From Nitrospirota bacterium (GTDB lineage: Bacteria > Nitrospirota > UBA9217): a stretch of DNA of 64,000 nucleotides. How positions within the stretch are numbered: position 1 is the stretch's first letter; every line of letters begins with the position of its first letter. The stretch spans positions 64,001 through 128,000 of the forward strand of contig CAWBNQ010000010.1 in NCBI GenBank assembly GCA_963790205.1, written 5' to 3'. Below the pieces are notes generated by a model, which was given only the letters and a program-made list of their open reading frames with translations, did not search any database and was not told where the DNA came from. Positions 10,248 through 19,202 of the stretch are shown piece after piece. The translations under genes were made by a program, and so were the position numbers.

Positions 10248-11069
10248 TCACCCTGTTTGTTCGCCATCACCCGCAAGGACACCCTGTTTCAATGCCTTGA
10301 CAAAGGCCGCAGCCTTTGAGATAAGCTCGGGAGAACCGGTATTTTCTTCGATCACTTTCACCAGCGCGCTTCCGACGATAACGCCGTCAGCGCCCCATTG
10401 CGCAACCTGCGCCGCCTGGTCCGGCGAGGAAATGCCGAACCCCACGGCAACGGGCTTGTCCGTCACTTGTTTGATCTTTTGGAGCGAACCGGCGACCGAG
10501 CTCTGGACACCGGCCCTCGCGCCCGTCACCCCGGTCAGCGAAACATAATACACAAACCCCTGGGATAGTTTGCAAATCAGCTTGATCCGCTCATCGGTGC
10601 TCGTGGGGGCAAGCAAAAAGATCGTGTCCAGGCCCGCCTTCTTTGCCAGGGGGACCAGGGTCCCCGCCTCTTCGGGCGGAAGGTCCGGCAGGATAACGCC
10701 GTCCAGGCCCGCGGCCGCGGCGTCGTTCACGAATCGTTCCTCGCCATAGTGGAAGATCAGGTTGTAGTAGGTCATAAGGATGAGGGGAATCTTGCTCTCT
10801 TTGCGGACATCGGCGACAAGCCCCAGCACATCGGCGATGCTCGTATGGTTCCTCAGCGACCGGATGGCCGCCTTCTGGATCGTGGGCCCGTCCGCCAGGG
10901 GGTCGGAAAAGGGCGCGCCGAGCTCGATCATATCACAGCCCGCTTTTTCCATCTCAAGGATGAGCGTCTTCGTCGTCGCGAGGTCCGGGTCCCCGGCCAT
11001 CACGTAGGGAATGAGCGCCGTCTCGTTCTTTTTCTTCAGCCGGTTGAAGGCATTTTTTATCCGTGACAT
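10248..11069 (-). CDS. trpA: Tryptophan synthase alpha chain
   Basis: ELGAPFSDPLADGPTIQ, VGFGIS, ADGVIVGSALV. Confidence 0.98.
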   Translation of the reverse strand: MSRIKNAFNRLKKKNETALIPYVMAGDPDLATTKTLILEMEKAGCDMIELGAPFSDPLADGPTIQKAAIRSLRNHTSIADVLGLVADVRKESKIPLILMTYYNLIFHYGEERFVNDAAAAGLDGVILPDLPPEEAGTLVPLAKKAGLDTIFLLAPTSTDERIKLICKLSQGFVYYVSLTGVTGARAGVQSSVAGSLQKIKQVTDKPVAVGFGISSPDQAAQVAQWGADGVIVGSALVKVIEENTGSPELISKAAAFVKALKQGVLAGDGEQTG

Positions 11070-11088
11070 TTTGATCCTATCTGCATTT

Positions 11089-11185
11089 CGTCATTCCCGC
11101 GAAAGCGGGAATCCAGCGGCTCTTCATAAAACAGCGGATTCCGGGTTATCATTTCTACTTCCGCATTCCGCGATCCGCACTCGCT
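11089..11185. repeat. REP-like palindrome (GTCATTCCCGCGAAAGCGGGAATCC) plus heptad tail
   Basis: cgtcattcccgcgaaagcgggaatccag ... ggattccgg ... ttccgcattccgcgatccgcact. Confidence 0.7.
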
Positions 11186-12374
11186 ACAGCTCCACGCCCT
11201 TGATCTTCGCCACCTGCATCACGTCCTTGTCCCCGCGGCCGGATAGGTTCACGATGATCACCTTGTCCTTGCCGAGCGCGGGCGCGAGTTTGAGGCAATA
11301 GGCCACGGCATGGGCGCTCTCCAACGCCGGGATGATGCCCTCAAGGCGCGAGAGGAGATCAAAAGCCTCCATGGCTTCTTCATCAATGGCGTAGGTATAT
11401 TCGATGCGGCCGGAATCGCGCAGGAAGGCATGCTCCGGACCTACTGCCGCGTAGTCGAGGCCCGCGGATACCGAGTGCGTAAGTTCGATCTGGCCCTCTT
11501 CGTCCTGGAGCACGAAGGTCTTGGTTCCCTGCAATACGCCGAGGGACCCGCCGGCAAAGCGGGCCGCGTGCTTGCCGCGCTCGATGCCGAGACCGCCCGC
11601 CTCGACGCCGTACATCTTTATGGCTGCATCATCGAGAAACTCATAGAAGAGGCCGATGGCGTTCGAGCCTCCTCCCACGCACGCCACCAGGGCGTCCGGC
11701 AGCCTGTTTTCGAGTTTCATGATCTGCTGCTTGGCCTCCCGGCCGATAACGGACTGGAAATCCCGCACCATCATGGGGAACGGATGGGGTCCGAAGGCCG
11801 TGCCCAATACGTAATGCGTATTCGCAACGTTCGCGATCCAGTCTCGCATGGCCTCATTGATGGCGTCTTTCAAGGTCTTGCTGCCGAGATCGACGGGCCG
11901 GACGATCGTGCCGAGGAGCTTCATCCGGAACACGTTCAATGACTGGCGCGCCACATCGTCAGTGCCCATGTAGACCTCGCAGTCGAGCCCGAACATGGCG
12001 GCGGCCGTTGCCGTTGCAACGCCGTGCTGGCCCGCGCCGGTCTCGGCGATCACACGGGTCTTGCCCATCCGCTTTGCAAGCAGCACCTGGGCAAGGGAGT
12101 TGTTGATCTTGTGAGCGCCCGTATGGCAGAGGTCTTCACGCTTGAGATAGATCTTCGCGCCGCCAAGATGGTCGGTGAGCCGCCTGGCGAAATAGAGGGG
12201 GGTGGGACGGCCGATGAATTCCCGGGAGTAGTATTCGAGCTCTGCCTGGAACTCCTTATCTTTCCTTGCCGCACGGTAGGAGGCTTCGAGTTCGGCGAGC
12301 GCGGGCATCAGCGTCTCGGGAGCGAACTTTCCGCCGTAGATGCCGAAATGCCCCTTTTTATCCGGCATGCTCAT
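11184..12374 (-). CDS. trpB: Tryptophan synthase beta chain
   Basis: [40 protein letters not shown]. Confidence 0.98.
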   Translation of the reverse strand: MSMPDKKGHFGIYGGKFAPETLMPALAELEASYRAARKDKEFQAELEYYSREFIGRPTPLYFARRLTDHLGGAKIYLKREDLCHTGAHKINNSLAQVLLAKRMGKTRVIAETGAGQHGVATATAAAMFGLDCEVYMGTDDVARQSLNVFRMKLLGTIVRPVDLGSKTLKDAINEAMRDWIANVANTHYVLGTAFGPHPFPMMVRDFQSVIGREAKQQIMKLENRLPDALVACVGGGSNAIGLFYEFLDDAAIKMYGVEAGGLGIERGKHAARFAGGSLGVLQGTKTFVLQDEEGQIELTHSVSAGLDYAAVGPEHAFLRDSGRIEYTYAIDEEAMEAFDLLSRLEGIIPALESAHAVAYCLKLAPALGKDKVIIVNLSGRGDKDVMQVAKIKGVEL

Positions 12375-12991
12375 GGCCGCGACGCCCTCCGGACCTCGGT
12401 AATGAATTTCTTGATCTTTGCATGGTCCTTGATGCCCTTTTCCCTCTCAACGCCGCCGGCCACGTCCACGCCGTAGGGTTGGACGAGCTTTACGGCCTCG
12501 ACCACGTTTTCGGACGTAAGCCCGCCGGCCAGGATTATTCTCCCGAAGGTCTTGGCAACCACGGCCAAATGCCAGTCGAAGGTCGTGCCGGTGCCGCCCC
12601 GCACGCCGTCACGGTAGCTGTCGAGAAGCAGCGCGCTTACATGGTAATGCACCATGTGCTTGAGGCTCTCCTTGTCCTTCACCTGAAAGGCCTTGATCAC
12701 CCGGGTAGCGAAACGCTCGCAGAATTCCGGGCTCTCGTCTCCATGGAATTGAAGGACCTTGATGCCGGTGGTGAACATGATGTCCCGAATCTTTTCCTCA
12801 CGCTCGTTCACGAAGATGCCGACGGGCATGACAAAGGGAGGGAGCCGCTCGATGATCTCGGCCGCTTTGTCGGGCTCGATACAGCGGGGACTTTTCTTGT
12901 AGAAATTGAACCCCAGCGCATCCGCACCGAAATCGGCCGAGGCCAAAGCGTCGTCAAGATTGGTGATGCCGCAGATTTTGATTTTTATCAT
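12371..12991 (-). CDS. trpF: Phosphoribosylanthranilate isomerase
   Basis: [30 protein letters not shown]. Start moved to MIKIK. Confidence 0.96.
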   Translation of the reverse strand: MIKIKICGITNLDDALASADFGADALGFNFYKKSPRCIEPDKAAEIIERLPPFVMPVGIFVNEREEKIRDIMFTTGIKVLQFHGDESPEFCERFATRVIKAFQVKDKESLKHMVHYHVSALLLDSYRDGVRGGTGTTFDWHLAVVAKTFGRIILAGGLTSENVVEAVKLVQPYGVDVAGGVEREKGIKDHAKIKKFITEVRRASRP

Positions 12992-13100
12992 AAGAAAAAC
13001 TTTTGACGCTGATGTGCACGAATGACTCTCTGATTTACGGTGATACGGCAACGCCGAACCCGTGTTAAGGATAATGGTTCAGTGCCCATCAGTGTCTCTC

Positions 13101-13880
13101 TCATTCCTTTCCTAAGAGTTCTTTTATTTTCTGTTCGATGTTCTTTTCCCGCATCAGGCTCTCGCCGACGAGGATGGCGTCCACGCCCGCCTGCCGGAGC
13201 ATGAGCACGTCGTCCCGGGTCCCGATTCCGCTCTCGCTCACGACGATGCGGTCCTCGGGGACGTCCTTCAAGAGATCGAGCGTTGTCTGCAGACTCACCG
13301 CGAATGACGACAGGTCCCGGTTATTGATGCCCACAAGCAGTGCTCCCGCCAGAAGCGATTTGTCCAGCTCCTTGTACGTATGCGATTCGACCAGCACGTC
13401 GAGACCGAGCTCCTTGGCTACACCGAGAAAGTCCTCTATCCGCCGCCGCTCAAGACAGGCCGCGATCAAAAGCATCGCATCGGCGCCGGCCGCGCGCGCC
13501 TCGAACAGCTGGTACTCGTCGATAATGAAATCCTTGCGCAGAAGCGGGACCCCGACGGCCTTCCTGATCTCGCCGAGGTGCTCAAGTTTCCCCTGAAAGT
13601 ACTTTCTCTCCGTGAGGACCGACAGGCATGACGCACCCGCCCTTCCGTAGGTCTTTGCTATCTCCACGGGATCGAAGTCTTCGCGGATCACGCCCTTTGA
13701 CGGCGACGCTTTTTTCACCTCGGCGATGAGCCCGATCTCTTCGCGTCCGGAAAGGGCTTTTCCGAAACCCCGCGTCGGTCCCGCCTCAGCTGCCCGGCTT
13801 TTTATATCGGCAAGCGGGACCCGACGTTTCGTCTCCGCAAGCTCTTCTTTTTTATACGCGATGATCTCATCTAAAATCAT
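13101..13880 (-). CDS. trpC: Indole-3-glycerol phosphate synthase
   Basis: IAEVKKASPSKG, LRKDFIID, GINNRDL, VSESGI. Start moved to MILDEI. Confidence 0.97.
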   Translation of the reverse strand: MILDEIIAYKKEELAETKRRVPLADIKSRAAEAGPTRGFGKALSGREEIGLIAEVKKASPSKGVIREDFDPVEIAKTYGRAGASCLSVLTERKYFQGKLEHLGEIRKAVGVPLLRKDFIIDEYQLFEARAAGADAMLLIAACLERRRIEDFLGVAKELGLDVLVESHTYKELDKSLLAGALLVGINNRDLSSFAVSLQTTLDLLKDVPEDRIVVSESGIGTRDDVLMLRQAGVDAILVGESLMREKNIEQKIKELLGKE

Positions 13881-13935
13881 TATTCTAAAACACTCGCCGC
13901 AAATACACGTTTTAAAATCTTCTCTTGGCGCCTTT

Positions 13936-13998
13936 GCCTGCACCCGGCGCTTTCGAGCCTGTGGCCGGTGCTTATGAGCCTGCACCCAGCGTTTATGA
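13936..13998. repeat. Three tandem imperfect 21-bp repeats
   Basis: gcctgcacccggcgctttcga / gcctgtggccggtgcttatga / gcctgcacccagcgtttatga. Confidence 0.7.
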
Positions 13999-14093
13999 GT
14001 GGAACCGCGAATACAGGCCATGCGCATGCGCGGCCTGCTCTTGCGAAGACGCGGCCATAAACAAGAGCAGGGTGTGCCTTCGTGGTAAATCCT

Positions 14094-15107
14094 TTACGGT
14101 TTATTCGTAAACGCTTTCAGCTGTTCCAGTTTTTCCAATGCCGCGCCGGAATCGATGGATTCAGTTGCCAGCCTGATGCCTTCCTGAAAATCCGAAACCC
14201 GCCCCGCGGCAACCAGTGCTGCGGCAGTGTTCATCAGAACGATGTCGCGGCGCGGGCCTTTCTCTCCCTTGAGGATCCCGGTCGTGATCGCCGCGTTGTC
14301 CTTCGCGTCGCCGCCCCGGAGGTCTTCGACTTTGCCTGCCGCAAATCCGAAATCAGCGGGGTGGATGAAATAGTCTTTCACCTTGCCGTCCCTGAATTCC
14401 GAGACCTTGGTCTTGCCTGTGATCGTGATCTCGTCGAGCCCGTCCATGCCGTGGACCACGAAGGCGTGCGCGGCACCGAGGTTCCCCAGTGCCCGTGCCA
14501 AAAGGCCGGTCAGGTCCGCGGAATAGACGCCCATGATCTGGGACGTCACTTTTGCGGGATTGGTAAGGGGCCCCAGCACGTTGAAGATGGTGCGGATGCC
14601 GATCTCCCGCCGCGGACCGATCGCGTACTTCATTGCCAGGTGCATCATCGGCGCGAAAAGGAAGCCGATGCCTACTTCGTTGATGCACGCTTCCGCGCGA
14701 AGGGAAGGAATTTCAATGTTCACGCCGAGCGCCTGGAGCACGTCGGCGCTCCCGCTCTTACTCGACACCGAACGGTTGCCGTGCTTGGCCACGGTAACGC
14801 CCGAGGCAGCCACGACAAAGGCCGCGGTCGTCGAAATGTTGAACGTATGGGCCATATCGCCGCCGGTGCCGCAGGTGTCAACCTGGTAGCGGGCATCGAG
14901 TTTGATCGGCACCGCCTTCTCGCGCATGACCCTGGCCGAACCCGTGATCTCCTCCACGGTCTCGCCCTTCATCCGGAGCGCCGTGATGTACGATGCGATC
15001 TGGGCGTCTGTGGCCTCGCCCTGCATGATCTCGCGCATTACCGCTTCGGCTTCGGCTTCGCTGAGGTTCGTTTTGGCTATGACTTTTGCGATGGCTTCTT
15101 TGATCAT
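14094..15107 (-). CDS. trpD: Anthranilate phosphoribosyltransferase
   Basis: [35 protein letters not shown]. Confidence 0.98.
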   Translation of the reverse strand: MIKEAIAKVIAKTNLSEAEAEAVMREIMQGEATDAQIASYITALRMKGETVEEITGSARVMREKAVPIKLDARYQVDTCGTGGDMAHTFNISTTAAFVVAASGVTVAKHGNRSVSSKSGSADVLQALGVNIEIPSLRAEACINEVGIGFLFAPMMHLAMKYAIGPRREIGIRTIFNVLGPLTNPAKVTSQIMGVYSADLTGLLARALGNLGAAHAFVVHGMDGLDEITITGKTKVSEFRDGKVKDYFIHPADFGFAAGKVEDLRGGDAKDNAAITTGILKGEKGPRRDIVLMNTAAALVAAGRVSDFQEGIRLATESIDSGAALEKLEQLKAFTNKP

Positions 15108-15126
15108 AGGATCCCCATAAAACTCT

Positions 15127-15277
15127 GCCGCAGAGACACGGAGACACAGAAAAATAAAAACGAAATAAATTTATTGAATTTACTGCTCAGACCACAGTCG
15201 CCAATTATAAACTTTCGCGACTTCGCGGTTCAAATCCTGCTCTTCGATTCCCTCTGTGTCCTCTGTGCCTGTGGCTA
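15127..15277. repeat. Inverted element with ~9-nt repeat arms
   Basis: gccgcagagacacggagacacaga ... ctctgtgtcctctgtgcctgtggc. Confidence 0.7.
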
Positions 15278-15292
15278 ATACGAATTTTGCTC

Positions 15293-15856
15293 TTACAGCT
15301 TCAAGAAGTTCCTGAGCAGGTCCTTGCCCACCGTGGTCAGGATCGATTCGGGATGGAACTGCACGCCCTCGACCTTGTACTGCTTGTGCCGCACGCCCAT
15401 GATCACGCCGTCGTCGGTCCAGGCCGTCACCTCGAGTACCGGCGGCAGCGTCTCACGCTTGATGATGAGCGAATGGTAGCGCGTGGCCTCGAAGGGGTTC
15501 GGGAGGCCGCTGAAGAGGGTCTTGTTATCGTGATGGATCATCGAGGTCTTGCCGTGCATCAAATAGGGAGCCCGGATCACGTCCCCGCCGAAGGCCTCGC
15601 CGATGGACTGGTGGCCGAGGCAGACGCCGAGGACCGGAATCTTTCCGGCAAAATGCCTGATCACGTCTATCGAGATCCCCGCCTCCTTGGGCGTGCACGG
15701 CCCCGGCGAGATCACGATCCGCTCGGGCCTCATCTTTTCGATCTCCGCGATGGTGATCTTGTTGTTCCGGTACACCTGCAGGCTCTGCCCCAGTTCGCCC
15801 AGATACTGGACCAGGTTGTAGGTGAAGGAATCGTAATTGTCGATCATCAATAACAT
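15293..15856 (-). CDS. trpG: Anthranilate synthase component II (glutamine amidotransferase)
   Basis: [35 protein letters not shown]. Confidence 0.95.
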   Translation of the reverse strand: MLLMIDNYDSFTYNLVQYLGELGQSLQVYRNNKITIAEIEKMRPERIVISPGPCTPKEAGISIDVIRHFAGKIPVLGVCLGHQSIGEAFGGDVIRAPYLMHGKTSMIHHDNKTLFSGLPNPFEATRYHSLIIKRETLPPVLEVTAWTDDGVIMGVRHKQYKVEGVQFHPESILTTVGKDLLRNFLKL

Positions 15857-15873
15857 AGAAACAAACCTCTATC

Positions 15874-15960
15874 TCTCGCAGAGGCGCAGAGAGCGCAGAG
15901 TTAAAAAAATCACTTTACAAGGCTTTACTTTTCTCCGCGTCCTCAGCGTGCTCCGCGAGA
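15874..15960. repeat. Inverted element with ~9-nt repeat arms
   Basis: tctcgcagaggcgcagagagcgcagag ... ctccgcgtcctcagcgtgctccgcgaga. Confidence 0.7.
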
Positions 15961-16019
15961 AAAATGCTTTTGCTTTTTTGACTACTCCGAACTCTGCGCT
16001 CCACTCTCCGAGCTGTTTT

Positions 16020-17504
16020 CTAATCCAATCCCTTCTCCGCCATCTCCACCGCCCGCATCATGGCCTTGGCCTTGTTCACCGTTTCCTGGTACTCGGCAGC
16101 CGGGTCGCTGTCCGCCACGACGCCGCCGCCGGCCTGGATGTATGCCACGTTGTCCTTGATCACGAGCGTGCGGATGGTGATGCAGGTGTCCATGTTGCCC
16201 GAGAAGCCGAAGTACCCGACCGCGCCGGCATAGGGCCCGCGCCGCGTGGGCTCGAGCTCGTCGATGATCTGCATGGCCCTGATCTTCGGCGCGCCCGAGA
16301 CCGTGCCCGCCGGAAAGCAGGCCCGGATCACGTCGTAGGAGTCCTTGCCGGCGGAGAGTTTGCCCCGCACGTTCGATACGATATGCATCACGTGGGAGTA
16401 GCGTTCGATCACCATGAGCTCGGAAACCTGAACGCTCCCCGGCTCGCTCACCCTGCCCACGTCGTTCCTGCCGAGGTCCACGAGCATGATATGCTCGGCC
16501 CGCTCCTTGGGATCGGCCAGAAGCTCGTCGGCAAGCGCCTTGTCCTCTTCCTCGGTCGCCCCGCGCCTGCGCGTGCCGGCGATCGGCCTGAGATCGATCC
16601 TGCCGTCCTCGAGCCTGACCATCACCTCCGGCGACGCCCCCACCACGGTCGCGTCACCGCACCGGAGAAAATACATATAGGGAGACGGGTTGATCAACCG
16701 GAGCGCCCGGTAAATTTCATAGGGCTCGACCTTGATCCCCGTCTGAAACCGCTGCGACGGCACCACCTGGAAAATATCGCCCGCCTTGATATACTCTTTG
16801 GCCTTGAGCACCGCCTGCTCGTACTGAGGCCGGGTAAAGTTCGAGGTGAGCGGCTGTTCCTTCGTCTTTTTTCGCCTCCCGCCTCCCGCCTCACGCTTCC
16901 CGGCCCCCTTCAGCTTCCTGACCAGCGCGTCGATCTTCTTCGTCGCTTCCTTATAGGAAGCCTCAACCGTCCTGCCTTTCACATGCGCGTTCGATACAAC
17001 CTTGATCCGGTGCGTGACATTGTCGAAGATCACGAGCGTGTCGGTGATCATGAAAAAGATATCGGGAAGATCGAGGCCGTTCTTTTCCCGCTCCGGCAAC
17101 TCTTCAAAAAAACGGATAACATCATAGCCCATGAATCCCACAGCCCCGCCGAAAAAGCGCGGCAGCGAAGGATCGGGAACGGGGGCGTAGGAGGACAGAA
17201 GGTCTTTTATCACTTCGAGCGGATCGCGGTCAAAGGGCAATCGTTCCTTCCTGCCGTTCCTGATGATTTCCGCGGTGCGGCCGAAGCTCTTGACGATCAC
17301 CGACGGACGGCTGCCGAGGAAGGAATAGCGCGCCCACTTCTCGCCTCCCTCCATGCTTTCGAGGAGAAAGGAATGTCGTCCGTCGTCGATTTTAAGGAAT
17401 GCCGAAACCGGGGTCTCCATGTCCGCGAGGATCTCGCGATACACCGGGATAAGATTGCCTTTTTTCGCCTTTTGCCTGAATTCCTCGAGTGAAGGCTGAA
17501 ACAT
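16020..17504 (-). CDS. trpE: Anthranilate synthase component I
   Basis: FLLES, NPSPYMY, PIAGTR, AEHIMLVDLGRND, GTVSGAPK. Confidence 0.98.
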   Translation of the reverse strand: MFQPSLEEFRQKAKKGNLIPVYREILADMETPVSAFLKIDDGRHSFLLESMEGGEKWARYSFLGSRPSVIVKSFGRTAEIIRNGRKERLPFDRDPLEVIKDLLSSYAPVPDPSLPRFFGGAVGFMGYDVIRFFEELPEREKNGLDLPDIFFMITDTLVIFDNVTHRIKVVSNAHVKGRTVEASYKEATKKIDALVRKLKGAGKREAGGGRRKKTKEQPLTSNFTRPQYEQAVLKAKEYIKAGDIFQVVPSQRFQTGIKVEPYEIYRALRLINPSPYMYFLRCGDATVVGASPEVMVRLEDGRIDLRPIAGTRRRGATEEEDKALADELLADPKERAEHIMLVDLGRNDVGRVSEPGSVQVSELMVIERYSHVMHIVSNVRGKLSAGKDSYDVIRACFPAGTVSGAPKIRAMQIIDELEPTRRGPYAGAVGYFGFSGNMDTCITIRTLVIKDNVAYIQAGGGVVADSDPAAEYQETVNKAKAMMRAVEMAEKGLD

Positions 17505-17533
17505 AAAACTCCTTAAAAATACACGGTTTTTGT

Positions 17534-17563
17534 ACTATACCAAATAGGCTGAATCACTGTCAA
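17534..17563 (-). promoter_or_regulatory. Sigma-70 promoter of the trp operon
   Basis: TTGACA-N18-TATAGT with an extended -10 TG, about 30 nt upstream of trpE. Confidence 0.7.
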
Positions 17564-17565
17564 TC

Positions 17566-17594
17566 AAAAAACCTGCCGCATGTATGCGGCAGGT
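17566..17594 (-). terminator. Intrinsic terminator after the 17686-18864 gene
   Basis: acctgccgca-tgta-tgcggcaggt hairpin followed by a T tract on the minus strand. Confidence 0.7.
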
Positions 17595-17685
17595 GCCGGA
17601 GTTTTAAGCGGTGAATATGCCGCTTCCGAGATGGGAGCAGAAGGAAGGGTGCCGTACAAGCCGGGAAAATACCATGAAGGAAGGG

Positions 17686-18864
17686 TCAAAAGATCGGCCT
17701 GTCGAACCTGGTTTTATTGTACTCGTCGATCTTTTTGACAGCAGCTTCCCGATAGGCGTCCTTGAGCGCCGGATCGGACTGTTCGAAAGTGATCAAGCCT
17801 GAGTCAAAGATACTGACGGACCGTTGTTTTGAGTCCTGCTGCCAGCGGGCCGTGATCCCGCCGGGCTGCGGGACGGTTTCGACAGGCGTTCCGTAGACCT
17901 TGATGAATCGATCAAGCTTCTGCTGTACGTCCGTGTAGACATGCATATCGGTGAACTTCGCCGTGGAAAAGGAGGCGTAATAAAGCTTTTTCTTCAGGCT
18001 GCTGTCCTTCCCGGCCCCGGCCTGGTCTCCCGTGAACTTCAGCACAATGGTGCCGAGATCCACCCCCTCAAAGGCCTGGGACTCATAATCCAGCGCCGTG
18101 AAGAAATCGTATTCTTTCGCCACATAGTCTGTAACAGCATACTGCGGGGCGGCCTCGTCACGCTCCTCATCCAGCTCGAGCCTGTTCTGATAGCGCTTCC
18201 AATAAAGCGCGGACGCTTCCTTGAGGGACATCCCCAACTTGAACTTCTGTACCGCGTCTATCCATTGATACAGCCAGCTGTTGATCTTCTTGGGACGCAG
18301 CTCCAAGCATGCCTGGACCAGCGCGTCATTGCCGAGTGTAAGCGCCAGTGTCCTCTTGTTCCCCTGCGGGGCCGTCGTCACGGCTGTTAATTTTATGCCG
18401 CCCGCCCCCTGCTCGCATTGCCCCCAGCAGAAGTCCAGCGGGTCGCCTTGAGCCCCCGAGAACAGCGGCGTGCCGTATTTGGCGACCAGTTTTTCCCTGA
18501 ATTTCGGGACGGCAAGTTCGGTCTCTTCCGTCGTAAACGATGTAGTAAGTTCCACCTTCCCGAGAATGTATCCTTTGGCGCTGCAGGTCAACAGGAGCCT
18601 GATTTCCGTCCCCGGGGAAGGGCTGTAGGCAAAAATATCGGAGAAGCCCGTTTCGTAGCCATGGACCTTTTTTTTCCATAATAATTGTTTCACCTGCCCC
18701 ACGGTCATGCCGATGCGAAAACCTTGGATATTCAGCGGAGCAGCGGTCTTTACGGTCTTTTTAGTTTTGACCGCTTTGGCGTACATCGGCTGCGCAATGC
18801 CGAGCAGTAAAACAGCGGCGAGCATAAGGGTCATGGTCGTTTTTTCTCTTTGCGGTCTTTCCAT
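17686..18864 (-). CDS. Secreted hypothetical protein with two internal repeats
   Basis: AAGGAG RBS, signal peptide ending PMYA. Repeated GFRIGMT/FKLGMS and KYGTP/VYGTP motifs. Confidence 0.6.
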   Translation of the reverse strand: MERPQREKTTMTLMLAAVLLLGIAQPMYAKAVKTKKTVKTAAPLNIQGFRIGMTVGQVKQLLWKKKVHGYETGFSDIFAYSPSPGTEIRLLLTCSAKGYILGKVELTTSFTTEETELAVPKFREKLVAKYGTPLFSGAQGDPLDFCWGQCEQGAGGIKLTAVTTAPQGNKRTLALTLGNDALVQACLELRPKKINSWLYQWIDAVQKFKLGMSLKEASALYWKRYQNRLELDEERDEAAPQYAVTDYVAKEYDFFTALDYESQAFEGVDLGTIVLKFTGDQAGAGKDSSLKKKLYYASFSTAKFTDMHVYTDVQQKLDRFIKVYGTPVETVPQPGGITARWQQDSKQRSVSIFDSGLITFEQSDPALKDAYREAAVKKIDEYNKTRFDRPIF

Positions 18865-19071
18865 TGGGGTCTCCTTTTCCTCTTTTCGATTGGCGCTTAC
18901 AGGGGGCACTAGCGTCAACTTGTCGCAACTGTTTCCCGCTGAACATTCTCCCGAAGGAAGCAGAAATCTCAGAAGATCGGAGCAGCGATTGTTGGTCCTT
19001 CCGGAACGGTCCTGATGATACCGCAAGAAAGGTTGAAGCAGAAAACTTCTTAAAAAAATAAATGTTTTTGT

Positions 19072-19101
19072 ACTGTACCAAATAGGCGGAAGGACTGTCA
19101 A
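19072..19101 (-). promoter_or_regulatory. Duplicated copy of the trp promoter upstream of the hypothetical gene
   Basis: TTGACA-N18-TACAGT, inside a ~90-bp copy of 17490-17575. Confidence 0.65.
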
Positions 19102-19202
19102 TCAAAAAACCTGTTGCCCTGATACGGGCCATCGGCCTTATCACGTGCTGATATGCATGTGCGGGGAAAGGGCTGGCAGCGGCCATGCCGCCGCGAAGAG
19201 GG

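Noticed and set aside
13936..13998. Mini CRISPR array
   Set aside because: The 21-bp units are directly adjacent with no spacers.
17505..17565. trp leader peptide, attenuator or T-box
   Set aside because: The predicted promoter is only ~30 nt from the trpE start and no Trp-codon leader is present.
17686..19101. Extended N-termini in the ORF track (also trpF, trpC, NtrC, kinase, 39946 and sigma genes)
   Set aside because: Extensions run through promoters or repeats. Downstream starts fit RBS, signal peptides or family N-termini better.
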